A stretch of DNA of 64,000 bases, taken from positions 34,019 through 98,018 of the forward strand of contig JBJXDX010000157.1 in the NCBI GenBank assembly GCA_046154585.1, written 5' to 3'. Origin of the DNA: Hyphomicrobiaceae bacterium (lineage in GTDB: Bacteria; Pseudomonadota; Alphaproteobacteria; Rhizobiales; Hyphomicrobiaceae). Below the pieces are notes generated by a model. That model worked only from the letters and a program-made list of their open reading frames with translations, was not told the DNA's origin and did not search any database. Every line of letters starts with the position of its first letter. Within the stretch, counting starts at the first letter, position 1. The position numbers and the translations under genes are program-made. This document shows, piece after piece, positions 21,533 to 31,001 of the stretch.

Positions 21533-22576
21533 TTATCGCTGCGCTTGCTTCGTAGATAGCTGCGGAATTGTTTCAGCTTTGCGGTCCGGACGCTCGGTCG
21601 ATGGCGCGTATTCAGCTTGCTTGCAGGAGCAGCCCTGGACGAATTCCTTGCGATAGCGGAATGCGGATTTGAGGCTCGTGTAAGGCTGGTTGCCCGACAC
21701 GGAGACCATCTGCTCGACGGCCCCGCCAGGATTTTGATGGTAATAGAGCTCAGCCGGCGCCGCGCATTTCGACTGGCACATGTCGGCGTCGCGTTGGAAA
21801 TGGTTCGGCAGCGTCGAGAAACTGACCGGGAAATAATACCCGTCGCACAGTCTCACGCATAAAGTGCGGTAGGTGGCGAAGGGAAGGGCGCCGAACTGGT
21901 TCGCGTTGCTGCCCGGGCCGGTGTCCTCGTCCTGCCAGAGCGACGAGAACGGATTGGTGGCGCCGCGGCGCTGTGCTTCCTGCTGGTAGCTGGCGCCGCA
22001 GTTGTTACGGGCAAGCTCCCGGATAATGTCGTCCTGATAGGAGCGGTCGCGCGAGCCCAGCAACTGCTGGCGCTGCGTATCGAGCTCGCGCAGCTTGCGC
22101 TGGGCATCGTCGGCCTGGGTGGAGAGATCGACGCACTGGCGCGTGCGCCGCAGCGATTTGGAGAAGAGAAAGTAGTCGAAGCAATCGGAGCGCTCGAGTT
22201 GGGCCTGCGCCGTTCGCGCGACGCGCTCGGCCTGGCGCAGATCGGCCTCCAGCCGCGGCAGCTGATCGCGCGATTGGGTTCCGCGCTGGCTCTCGGCCAC
22301 GAGGCGCTGCTCAAGCTGGACGCAGATGGGATTCTGGCGAGAGCCCTGCACGGCGCCCGGATATTGCGGGCCTTGCTGGATGACGGGCGGGGGCTGCTGT
22401 TGCGGCGCTGGGCGCCAGCCGGGGTCTCGCTCGCGCCGTTCGTAGCGGTCCGAGTTGGACCAGGGCCACCAGGCTGGCTGAGCGCGCGCGGAGCTGTGCA
22501 CAACGGACAACAGCGTGGCGGCCAGAGCGATCAGGGCCGCTGACGCGAGAACGGTTCTGGCTCCGGCTTGCCTCAT
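21533..22576 (-). CDS. DUF2865-like secreted protein
   Basis: signal peptide; conserved Cys-containing C-terminal block CVRLCDGYYFPVS. Confidence 0.55.
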   Translation of the reverse strand: MRQAGARTVLASAALIALAATLLSVVHSSARAQPAWWPWSNSDRYERRERDPGWRPAPQQQPPPVIQQGPQYPGAVQGSRQNPICVQLEQRLVAESQRGTQSRDQLPRLEADLRQAERVARTAQAQLERSDCFDYFLFSKSLRRTRQCVDLSTQADDAQRKLRELDTQRQQLLGSRDRSYQDDIIRELARNNCGASYQQEAQRRGATNPFSSLWQDEDTGPGSNANQFGALPFATYRTLCVRLCDGYYFPVSFSTLPNHFQRDADMCQSKCAAPAELYYHQNPGGAVEQMVSVSGNQPYTSLKSAFRYRKEFVQGCSCKQAEYAPSTERPDRKAETIPQLSTKQAQR

Positions 22577-22738
22577 CGCCTAATCCACGTTCGGCGGATG
22601 CGCGCACGATCCGCCTCGAATCTGTGTGTGACGCCATACTGATGATGCTGCATTATGGGGTCAATTGGGAGCAATTGCGGCGGTTGGGGTCTGCGATACA
22701 CAGGCCATTGGCCGCCGGAGTGAGGGAAGGAAACGGGT

Positions 22739-23521
22739 ATGTTGCAGGAAGCAGCCGAGCGGGCAGCCGCCATGCTTCGGGATGCGCGCAGTTCCGGACG
22801 CGCGATCAAAGGCCTGGCGGAGGATTGCCGGCCGGCGACGGTGGCCGATGGATATCAGATCCAGGCAGCCTTTCGGAAGCTGTGGACGGACAAGCTGGCA
22901 GGCTGGAAGATCGGCGCCACGGCGCCTCCGGTCATGGCCAAGTTCGGGGTGAAGGAGCCCTTCTGCGGCCCGATCTATGCGGCTGATGTCTACGCCAGTC
23001 CGGCCCGGCTCGAGACGCAGCGGTTCAACCACTACGTGATCGAGACCGAGTTTGCCTACCGGCTAGGGCGCGATCTTCCGGCCCGGTCGGCTCCGTATTC
23101 CCGCGGCGAGATCGTGGAAGCTGTGGATGCGGTGATCCCGGCCTTCGAGATGATCAACTGCCGCTACGAGGCCCTGCCGCTCGACAATGCGCCCGCCGCC
23201 GTCGCCGATTGCGGCCTCAACGGCGCCCTGGTGCTGGGGGCGCCCGTTACGGACTGGCGCACGATCGATGTGCCGGGCCACGTGGTCCGGCTGCTGGTGG
23301 ATGGCGTTGTGAAGGGCGAGGGGACTGGGGCGTCGGCGCTCGGCGATCCGCGCAACGTCTTGGACTGGGTCATCAACAAGCTGTCGCGCGACGGCGTGAG
23401 CTTCTCCAAGGGGCAGGCGCTCTCGACCGGCACGTGCACGGGCGTGGTCAAGCTGGAGCCGGGGCAGGTGGCCGTCGGAGACTTCGGCACCCTGGGCAAG
23501 ATTGAGGTGCGGTTCGCGTAA
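22739..23521 (+). CDS. 2-keto-4-pentenoate hydratase / fumarylacetoacetate-hydrolase-family enzyme
   Basis: 260 aa with MhpD/HpcG-like pattern (GWKIG...). Confidence 0.7.
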   Translation: MLQEAAERAAAMLRDARSSGRAIKGLAEDCRPATVADGYQIQAAFRKLWTDKLAGWKIGATAPPVMAKFGVKEPFCGPIYAADVYASPARLETQRFNHYVIETEFAYRLGRDLPARSAPYSRGEIVEAVDAVIPAFEMINCRYEALPLDNAPAAVADCGLNGALVLGAPVTDWRTIDVPGHVVRLLVDGVVKGEGTGASALGDPRNVLDWVINKLSRDGVSFSKGQALSTGTCTGVVKLEPGQVAVGDFGTLGKIEVRFA

Positions 23522-23542
23522 AAGGCTCGCGTTGGGATCTGC

Positions 23543-24685
23543 ATGAGGACGAGCTGTAGCGCGGGACGCTCGTGGATTGTGCGCCTGGTCCTGGCGGCAT
23601 TGGTTGGCATGGCCGTCGCGAATGTCGCGCGCGCCTCCGAGCCGAGCGCGGCGGAGGAGGCGGAACTCTCCGCGCGGGATCGGCGCATCCTGCGCAACTG
23701 GTCGGTCTACTGGAACTTCCTGATCTGGCCGGCCGGCAGCGCCATTTCGGTATGCTTTCTCGATCGCGATGCCGAGTTGCGCCGGCTCTTTGCCTCCGCC
23801 ACCGAGGACTGGACGCGCATCGCCAACATCCGCTTCGACATGGGCGCGCCGCCGGGCTATCGCACCTGCGATCCGTGGGAGCCGAGCGATATCCGCGTGC
23901 ACTTCCGCGCCGGCAGCTCGGGCAGCATCTTGAGCGGCAGCTCGTACGTCGGCACGACGAGCCTCAATGCGGCTCTGGGAAAGTCGACCCTGTTCATTGC
24001 GGTGCAGCCTTTGCCCGGCAAGCCCAGGCGGTCGGATGCTGAGCTGCGCCGGACCGTACTGCACGAGCTTGGCCATGCGCTCGGGCTTCCGCACGAACAC
24101 CAGCATCCGGCAAGCCCGTGCGCGGCCGACTATCGCTGGAAGGAGGCGTGCGTCCGGCATCAGGCTCGGGCGGCGAAGGACGCAACCGCCCTCGATGCCA
24201 GCCGCTTCTCCCGGCAGCTTCGTGCGCAGTTCCTGCCGCGGACCGACCCGGTGGCGACGGGCCTGCCGGCCTACGACGTGCATTCGATCATGCACTATCG
24301 CTTCGCGCCGCGGCTGCTGGCGAACGGACGCAACAGCGGCTGCTTCACGGACGGGCCGCGGACGCTGTCGGAGGGCGACGCTGCGCGCATGAAAATCCTG
24401 TATCCGCCGGATGCGGCTGCGCAAGGAACGTTTTTGAAGGCACAGGCCGAGATCTTCCGCCGGACGCTGGCCGGCAGCGGCTTGTCCCGCGTGGCGGCCA
24501 CACGCCTCGCTGTCTTCGTGGAGGACCAGTTGCGCAGGCGGCACGAGGGCCTAGGGATCAAGATCGACGTTGTGGGTCTCGACCTTCCGGAAACCGATAG
24601 CACCGATCTCGAAAAGGCATTGGCCGCACCAAAGACCATGGAGCTTCCCGAGGAATGCCGGCCGCCGGCAAAATCGGCCGAATAG
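23543..24685 (+). CDS. secreted astacin-like (metzincin) zinc metalloprotease
   Basis: signal peptide; zinc motif HELGHALGLPHEH (HExxHxxGxxHE) and Met-turn SIMHY. Confidence 0.7.
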   Translation: MRTSCSAGRSWIVRLVLAALVGMAVANVARASEPSAAEEAELSARDRRILRNWSVYWNFLIWPAGSAISVCFLDRDAELRRLFASATEDWTRIANIRFDMGAPPGYRTCDPWEPSDIRVHFRAGSSGSILSGSSYVGTTSLNAALGKSTLFIAVQPLPGKPRRSDAELRRTVLHELGHALGLPHEHQHPASPCAADYRWKEACVRHQARAAKDATALDASRFSRQLRAQFLPRTDPVATGLPAYDVHSIMHYRFAPRLLANGRNSGCFTDGPRTLSEGDAARMKILYPPDAAAQGTFLKAQAEIFRRTLAGSGLSRVAATRLAVFVEDQLRRRHEGLGIKIDVVGLDLPETDSTDLEKALAAPKTMELPEECRPPAKSAE

Positions 24686-24919
24686 CTGAATAAAAGTGAA
24701 GGCGGACCCTCAGGCCAGCCTTGACGGTGAACCGGGCCTCGACGATAAGGCGGGCATGAGCCGGAACGCGCCAAAATCCGCCGTCTTCGAAGCAGCGCTT
24801 CGCGCTGACCACATCTGTTGCGGCAACCCAATTATTATCATTTCGAGCTAGGTCTAACGGCTGGCGCGCGGCCTGTTTCTTTGCCTCAAGTCTAGACAGA
24901 GAACCGCCCTCGCCAGCAG

Positions 24920-26320
24920 GTGAAGGGGTTACTCGTGGCACTGACGCTCTACAACACGCTGACGCGGCGGAAGGAATCCTTCCAGCCCATCGACCCCGGC
25001 AACGTGCGCATGTACGTGTGCGGGCCGACGGTCTACGACCACGCGCACATCGGCAATGCGCGCCCCGTGATCGTGTTCGACGTGCTGTTCCGCCTGCTGC
25101 GGCACGTCTACGGCGAGAAACATGTCACCTACGCGCGCAACATCACGGACGTGGACGACAAGATCAATGCGCGGGCGGCGGAGGAAGGCACCTCCATCCG
25201 CGAGCTCACCGAGCGCACGGCGAAGCAGTTCCACGAGGACATTGCCGCATTCGGTGTGTTGCAGCCGACCGTAGAGCCGCGCGCGACAGAACATATCCCC
25301 GGCATGGTGCGACTCTGCGAGACTCTGATCGCGAACGGCAATGCCTACGTGGCGGAAGATCACGTGCTGTTCGATGTCAGTTCCATGCCCGACTACGGGC
25401 GGCTGGCGAACCGGTCGCTGGCGGACATGGAAGCCGGCGCCCGCGTGGACGTGGCGCCCTACAAGAAAGGCCCCATGGACTTCGTGCTGTGGAAGCCGTC
25501 GAAGCCTGGCGATCCCGGCTGGCCGTCACCGGCTGGTATTGCCGCGTTGGGACGTCCAGGCTGGCACATCGAGTGCTCGGCCATGGCGGAGCAGCACCTG
25601 GGCCAGGTGTTCGACATTCATGGCGGCGGCATCGACCTCGTGTTCCCCCACCACGAGAACGAGATCGCGCAGTCACGCTGCGCGCACGGCACGCCGGTGA
25701 TGGCGAACTACTGGCTGCACAACGGCTTTCTGCAGGTCGAGGGCGAGAAGATGTCGAAGTCTCTCGGCAACTTCGTCACCATCAACGAGCTGCTTCGGGA
25801 CTGGCCCGGCGAGGCGATGCGGCTCGCCATGCTGGCTACGCACTATCGCCAACCCACGAACTGGACGGAGAAGGGGTTGGAGGATGCACGCCGCACACTC
25901 GATCATTGGTACGAGTTGACGGCGGACGCTCCGTCCGGCTCGCCGCTCTGCGCCGACGTGCTGCAGGCGCTCGAGGACGATCTCAACACGCCGCAAGCGA
26001 TCGCGGCGCTGCACGCCTTGCGTTCGGAGGCGGCGAAAGGCATCAAGCCTGCGGCCGCGTGCCTGAAGGCGTCGGCGCGGCTCATGGGATTGCTGCAGTT
26101 GGCGCCGGAGGAATGGAAGGCCTGGCGGCCGGCGTCGCTGTCCATCGACGAACACAAGGTGCGGAATCTGATCGCAGCTCGCAACGCGGCGCGCAGAGCC
26201 AAAGACTTCAAGGAAGCCGACCGCATTCGCGACGAGGTTACGGCGATGGGCATTCAGCTCAAGGATGCGAAGGATCCGGCGACGGGTGAGGTCGTGACGA
26301 CCTGGGAAGTGAAGCGATGA
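24920..26320 (+). CDS. cysS: cysteine--tRNA ligase
   Basis: HIGN class I motif and KMSKS; zinc-binding Cys. Confidence 0.92.
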   Translation: MKGLLVALTLYNTLTRRKESFQPIDPGNVRMYVCGPTVYDHAHIGNARPVIVFDVLFRLLRHVYGEKHVTYARNITDVDDKINARAAEEGTSIRELTERTAKQFHEDIAAFGVLQPTVEPRATEHIPGMVRLCETLIANGNAYVAEDHVLFDVSSMPDYGRLANRSLADMEAGARVDVAPYKKGPMDFVLWKPSKPGDPGWPSPAGIAALGRPGWHIECSAMAEQHLGQVFDIHGGGIDLVFPHHENEIAQSRCAHGTPVMANYWLHNGFLQVEGEKMSKSLGNFVTINELLRDWPGEAMRLAMLATHYRQPTNWTEKGLEDARRTLDHWYELTADAPSGSPLCADVLQALEDDLNTPQAIAALHALRSEAAKGIKPAAACLKASARLMGLLQLAPEEWKAWRPASLSIDEHKVRNLIAARNAARRAKDFKEADRIRDEVTAMGIQLKDAKDPATGEVVTTWEVKR

Positions 26321-26329
26321 GTGGGGTTT

Positions 26330-26357
26330 CCCTCTCCCCGTAAGGACGGGGAGAGGG
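26330..26357 (+). terminator. hairpin CCCTCTCCCCG-TAAGGA-CGGGGAGAGGG after cysS
   Basis: perfect 11-bp inverted repeat 10 nt after the cysS stop; no clear U-tract. Confidence 0.45.
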
Positions 26358-26407
26358 GGAAGTGTGGCGCACCGAGTGCACACGATCATTCGTGTTGAGG
26401 CGAAACC

Positions 26408-26803
26408 ATGACTGAAACACCTGTTCTCGATCACGTCAGCATGACAGTCAGCGACTATGGTCGGTCAAAGAGTTTTTACATGGCAGCCCTGAAGCCTCTC
26501 GGCATCACGTTGATGATGGAACTCGGAAAGGACGTCACGGGCAGGTCGGACGAGGCGGGCTTCGGGCGCGGCAAAGCGTATTTCTGGATTGCGCCCGGTA
26601 ACGCTACGGGGCCCATCCACATTGCGTTCGGTGCCGCGACGCGGGCGGACGTCGATGCGTTCTATATCGCCGCCATGGCCGCTGGCGGGAAGGACAATGG
26701 GGCGCCCGGTATCCGCGCGCACTACCACCCTGACTACTACGGCGCATTCGTCCTCGATCCCGACGGACACAATGTCGAGGCTGTATGTAAGGCCACTCCG
26801 TAA
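26408..26803 (+). CDS. VOC-family (glyoxalase/bleomycin-resistance fold) protein
   Basis: 131 aa with VOC fold pattern. Confidence 0.7.
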   Translation: MTETPVLDHVSMTVSDYGRSKSFYMAALKPLGITLMMELGKDVTGRSDEAGFGRGKAYFWIAPGNATGPIHIAFGAATRADVDAFYIAAMAAGGKDNGAPGIRAHYHPDYYGAFVLDPDGHNVEAVCKATP

Positions 26804-26824
26804 GGTGGAACGAGGGGAAAAGTC

Positions 26825-27310
26825 ATGAGCAACTCGACCGAGGGGCCATATTCCGGCGGCTGCCAGTGCGGTGCCGTGCGCTTCTCCGTCGAGCGCTTCG
26901 GCCGGTCGTCGATTTGCCATTGCCGCATGTGCCAGAAGGCGTTCGGCGGCATCGGCGGCATTCTCGTGACGGCGCAAGGTCTGACATGGACGCGGGGCGA
27001 GCCGAAGGTGTTTCAAAGCTCCAATCGGGCCGAGCGCGGATTTTGCGCCGCCTGCGGAACGCCGCTGACGTTCGGCGTCGGCAGGTCCGTGGACGTGGCC
27101 GTCTGCGCGCTCGACGATCCCTCGGCGGCGCCCCCGATCGTGCAGCTGGCGCCGGAGTCGCGTGTCGCGTGGGCCGACGACCTGCCCGATCTGCCGGAAC
27201 GCCCCCAGAGCGAAGCCGGCAAGGCCGCCGCTTACTACGCTTCAATCATTTCCCATCAACATCCCGATCACGACACCGACCATTGGCCGCCGGAAGGCAA
27301 AGCGTCATGA
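26825..27310 (+). CDS. GFA-family (glutathione-dependent formaldehyde-activating-like, CENP-V fold) protein
   Basis: CQCGAVRF...CHCRMCQK zinc-binding Cys pattern. Confidence 0.75.
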   Translation: MSNSTEGPYSGGCQCGAVRFSVERFGRSSICHCRMCQKAFGGIGGILVTAQGLTWTRGEPKVFQSSNRAERGFCAACGTPLTFGVGRSVDVAVCALDDPSAAPPIVQLAPESRVAWADDLPDLPERPQSEAGKAAAYYASIISHQHPDHDTDHWPPEGKAS

Positions 27311-28917
27311 CCAAGGAACGCCTCTACCTGTTCGATACGACGCTGCGCGACGGCGCACAGACGACGGGCGTGGATTTCTCGCTCGAGGACAAGCGCCTGA
27401 TCGCCAAGACGCTGGACGAGCTGGGCATCGACTACATCGAGGGCGGCTATCCCGGCGCCAATGTCACGGATTCGGAGTTCTTCCGCGAAAAGCCGCAGCT
27501 TGCCGGCTCGCGCTTTACGGCCTTCGGCATGACCAAGCGGGCCGGGCGCTCGACGTCGAACGATCCGGGGTTCCAGGCCATCCTGCAGGGGCAGTGCGAC
27601 GCAATCTGCCTTGTGGCCAAGGCGTGGGACTATCACGTGCGCGTGGCGCTCGGCATCACCAACGAGGAGAACCTGGACGGCATCTCACAATCGGTGGAGG
27701 CCGTCGTGCAGAGCAGCCGCGAAGCCATGATCGACTGCGAGCATTTTTTCGACGGCTACAAGGGTAATCGCGCGTACGCGCTGCAGGTGGCGACCACGGC
27801 GTACAAGGCCGGCGCTCGCTGGGTTGTGTTGTGCGATACCAATGGCGGTACGCTGCCGCACGAGATTGCGGCTATCGTCGCGGACGTGGTGCAGCACGTG
27901 CCGGGCGCGAACCTTGGCATTCATACGCACAACGACACGGAAAACGCTGTCGCCAATACGCTGACGGCGGTGCGGGCCGGGTGCCGGCAGATCCAAGGTA
28001 CGCTCAACGGGCTCGGCGAGCGTTGCGGCAATGCCAATCTCGCGTCGGTTATTCCGACGCTGCTGCTGAAGTCCGAATTTGCGGACCGCTTCGAGACCAA
28101 TGTCGCGCCGCAACGGCTCGCCAAGCTCACGCATGCGAGCCGCGTGCTCGATGAAATTCTCAATCGCGCGCCGAACCGGCATGCGCCCTATGTGGGCGAG
28201 GCGGCGTTCGCCACGAAGGCCGGCATCCACGCCTCGGCCATCCTGAAGGAGCCCGAGACCTACGAGCACGTGAAGCCGGAGCTTGTCGGCAACCGGCGGC
28301 GCGTGCTGGTCTCGGATCAGGCGGGAAAATCCAACCTCGTGTATGAGCTGGAGCGTCTGGGCATCGATGTCAGCCGCAATGACGCCCGCATCGGCGGGTT
28401 GCTGGAGGAGGTCAAGGCACGGGAGGCCGTAGGCTACGCCTACGAGGGCGCCGATGCGTCCTTCGAGCTGCTGGCGCGGCGACTGCTTGGCGAGGTGCCG
28501 CAGTTCTTCACCGTCGACAGCTTCCGCGTCATGGTGGAGAAGCGCCACAACGCCGTCGGCAAGCTGGTGACGGTGTCCGAAGCGACGGTGAAGGTATTCG
28601 TCAACGGCGATGCGGAGCCGCTTTGGTCCGTCGCCGAGGGCAACGGCCCGGTCAACGCGCTGGATCAGGCCCTGCGCAAGGATCTCGGCCGCTACCAGAA
28701 GCACATCGAGAACATCGAGCTGGTCGACTACAAGGTGCGCATTCTCACGGGCGGAACCGAAGCGATCACGCGCGTGCTGGTCGAGAGCCAGGACACGGCG
28801 ACGGGCGAGCGCTGGTTCACGGTCGGCGTGTCGCCCAACATCATCGACGCCAGCTTCGAGGCGCTGGTCGACTCGCTCAACTACAAGCTGGCGAAGGTCG
28901 TGCCGAAGGCGGCTTGA
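27307..28917 (+). CDS. cimA: (R)-citramalate synthase / 2-isopropylmalate-synthase-family enzyme
   Basis: N-terminus MTKERLYLFDTTLRDGAQT, HTHND motif and C-terminal LeuA-dimer domain; ATGA overlap with the upstream GFA gene. Confidence 0.8.
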   Translation: MTKERLYLFDTTLRDGAQTTGVDFSLEDKRLIAKTLDELGIDYIEGGYPGANVTDSEFFREKPQLAGSRFTAFGMTKRAGRSTSNDPGFQAILQGQCDAICLVAKAWDYHVRVALGITNEENLDGISQSVEAVVQSSREAMIDCEHFFDGYKGNRAYALQVATTAYKAGARWVVLCDTNGGTLPHEIAAIVADVVQHVPGANLGIHTHNDTENAVANTLTAVRAGCRQIQGTLNGLGERCGNANLASVIPTLLLKSEFADRFETNVAPQRLAKLTHASRVLDEILNRAPNRHAPYVGEAAFATKAGIHASAILKEPETYEHVKPELVGNRRRVLVSDQAGKSNLVYELERLGIDVSRNDARIGGLLEEVKAREAVGYAYEGADASFELLARRLLGEVPQFFTVDSFRVMVEKRHNAVGKLVTVSEATVKVFVNGDAEPLWSVAEGNGPVNALDQALRKDLGRYQKHIENIELVDYKVRILTGGTEAITRVLVESQDTATGERWFTVGVSPNIIDASFEALVDSLNYKLAKVVPKAA

Positions 28918-28970
28918 GCTAACCGTGCCGAAGGCGGCGTGACTGAAGGATGCCGAAGGCCGCGTGCGCT
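28898..28970 (+). repeat. three imperfect ~24-nt direct repeats (TGCCGAAGGCGGC...) spanning the cimA stop codon and 3' UTR
   Basis: copies at 28902, 28927 and 28951. Confidence 0.6.
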
Positions 28971-29919
28971 ATTTGAGAATCGTCTTGGCGGCGTCGGCAG
29001 GGAGCAGGCGGCCGGCGAGGACATCATCGGCGAGGGCGTCGAGCGTTTCGCCGGCGCCGTCGCGAATGCGCTGTGCCACCAAATCGGCGGCGGCACGGGC
29101 GATGAGGTAGCGGGCGCGGCGGCGGCGGCGCGGCGCGATGCCTTCCGTGAGGCGCTTTGCCCCGCACGTTTCGATCGCGGCCCATAGCGCGGGCAGGCCC
29201 TCTTCAGTCACGGCCGAGGTCTTGAGAACCGGCACGGCATCGCGGCCGTGCGCACGCAGGGACAGCGCGCTCCTGAGCTGATGCAGCGTACGGTCGGCGC
29301 CGTCGAGGTCGGCCTTGTTGACGACCAGGATGTCGGCGATCTCGAGCAGGCCGGCTTTCATGGCCTGGATGTCGTCGCCGAGCCCCGGTGCGGCGACGAT
29401 GATGCGCACGTCGGTGACATCGACGATATCGATCTCGCTCTGGCCGGTGCCGACGGTCTCGACGAGGATCAGGTCTTTGCCCGCGGCGTCGAAGGCATCG
29501 AGCATGCGTACGGCGGCGGGCGACAGTCCGCCGAGGTAGCCGCGGCTCGCCAGCGAACGCACGAACACGCCATCGTCGTCGAGCGCCGCCGTCATGCGGA
29601 TGCGGTCGCCGAGAATGGCGCCACCTGACACCGGGCTCGAGGGATCGACGGCAATGACGCCGATGGAGCGGCCGGCGCCGCGGATGTGGGTGATGAGGGC
29701 GTTGAGCAGGGTCGACTTGCCGGAGCCCGGCGGCCCCGTAATGCCGACGACGAGCGCGCGGCCGAGATGGGGCTGCATCGCGGCCAGCAGCGCCGGCACT
29801 GCGGGCGACAGCCGTTCAAGCTCGGTCGCGACGCGCGCCATGGCGTTGCGCTCGCCCGCCCGCATGCGGTGCACGAGATCTTCCGCGGTCTTGGCCGCAT
29901 CGCGCTGAGTGCCGGTCAT
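28969..29919 (-). CDS. meaB: methylmalonyl-CoA-mutase-associated GTPase MeaB/ArgK (G3E family)
   Basis: Walker A GITGPPGSGKST, NKAD motif; start placed at MTGTQRD. Confidence 0.85.
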   Translation of the reverse strand: MTGTQRDAAKTAEDLVHRMRAGERNAMARVATELERLSPAVPALLAAMQPHLGRALVVGITGPPGSGKSTLLNALITHIRGAGRSIGVIAVDPSSPVSGGAILGDRIRMTAALDDDGVFVRSLASRGYLGGLSPAAVRMLDAFDAAGKDLILVETVGTGQSEIDIVDVTDVRIIVAAPGLGDDIQAMKAGLLEIADILVVNKADLDGADRTLHQLRSALSLRAHGRDAVPVLKTSAVTEEGLPALWAAIETCGAKRLTEGIAPRRRRRARYLIARAAADLVAQRIRDGAGETLDALADDVLAGRLLPADAAKTILK

Positions 29920-30024
29920 GCCTCGCTGATAGGCCGCCGCCGCGAATATGGCAACAGCGCGGCCTTGCGCGGAACGGTTAAGCGGCCCACATGCGGCCGA
30001 TTGAGGTTGCGGCGGAGAAGCGAG

Positions 30025-30303
30025 ATGCGGAAATTGATCTGGGTTGGCACAGCCTTGGTCCTGGCGGGCGCGATAGCGACGGCTGCCGAGGCACGCAAAC
30101 GGGGCGGATCGTCGAGCGAATACTACGAGTGGCAAAGCGAGCACCGCGGTCCGGCGCATGGATACTCGGGCTGGGTGCCCGGTGGGCGCAGGAGCCTTTA
30201 CTGCGACTACCAGCGCATCCCGAACCGTGAGTGCACCGTAACCGCATCGGGCAAACGGCGCTGCAAGGCCACGAGCTGGACGCTCAAGCAATACTGCTAC
30301 TAG
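30025..30303 (+). CDS. small secreted Cys-containing hypothetical protein (92 aa)
   Basis: signal peptide MRKLIWVGTALVLAGAIATAAEA and four Cys; sits inside a longer ORF-track entry (29686..30303). Confidence 0.45.
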   Translation: MRKLIWVGTALVLAGAIATAAEARKRGGSSSEYYEWQSEHRGPAHGYSGWVPGGRRSLYCDYQRIPNRECTVTASGKRRCKATSWTLKQYCY

Positions 30304-30329
30304 AAGCGGGGCTGGCGCCCCCGAGGCTG

Positions 30330-31001
30330 TTAGAACTTCTCGGGCACGTTCGCCGCCTGGCCGATGTCAGCGGACGCTGCGACCGCACTCAGGACCGCGG
30401 GCACGATGGCGGCCGCCGTGTCGACCACTCTGAAGCGTACCTCCAGCCCCTGGCGGATGAAGCGCTCGGCGCGCATATGCTCGAGCAACGCCAGCAGCGG
30501 ATTCCAGAAGTAGTTGATGTTGGCCAGAATGATCGGCTTCTCGTGCTGGCCGAGCTGGGACCACGTCAACTGCTCGACCAGCTCCTCCAGCGTGCCGACG
30601 CCGCCAGGCAGCGCCACGAACGCGTCCGACTTCTCGAACATCAGGCGTTTGCGCTGATGCATGTCCTCGACGACGATGAGCTCGTTCACGTCGCGGAGCA
30701 TGCGCTCCTTGTTCGACAGGAATGCCGGGATGATGCCGGTGACGCGTCCCCCGTTATCGAGCACTGCGCGGGCGATCTTGCCCATCAGGCCGAGGCTGCC
30801 GCCGCCATAGACGAGGCCGATCCCGGCCTTGGCCATGGCCGTGCCGAGCGTCACGGCCGCTTCGGCGTAGGCCGGTTCGCGTCCGTCGCCGGAGCCGCAG
30901 TAGACGCAAATATTGTCGACGATCGGGGCTAGAGGTGCCGGTAGATGTTCGTCCCCCGCGTCGGTCGATGTGTTGTTTTTATGTATGTTCTTCTTCTGCA
31001 T
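30330..31001 (-). CDS. LOG-family protein (TIGR00730, cytokinin riboside 5'-monophosphate phosphoribohydrolase-like)
   Basis: GGGxxGLMG and PGGxGTxxE motifs. Confidence 0.8.
   Translation of the reverse strand: MQKKNIHKNNTSTDAGDEHLPAPLAPIVDNICVYCGSGDGREPAYAEAAVTLGTAMAKAGIGLVYGGGSLGLMGKIARAVLDNGGRVTGIIPAFLSNKERMLRDVNELIVVEDMHQRKRLMFEKSDAFVALPGGVGTLEELVEQLTWSQLGQHEKPIILANINYFWNPLLALLEHMRAERFIRQGLEVRFRVVDTAAAIVPAVLSAVAASADIGQAANVPEKF

Noticed and set aside
26866-28917. 683-aa ORF implying a long N-terminal extension of cimA overlapping the GFA gene
   Set aside because: The extension is out of frame with the conserved GFA gene and is Arg/Ala-rich junk. The conserved CimA N-terminus (MTKERLYLFDTTLRDG) begins at the ATG at 27307.
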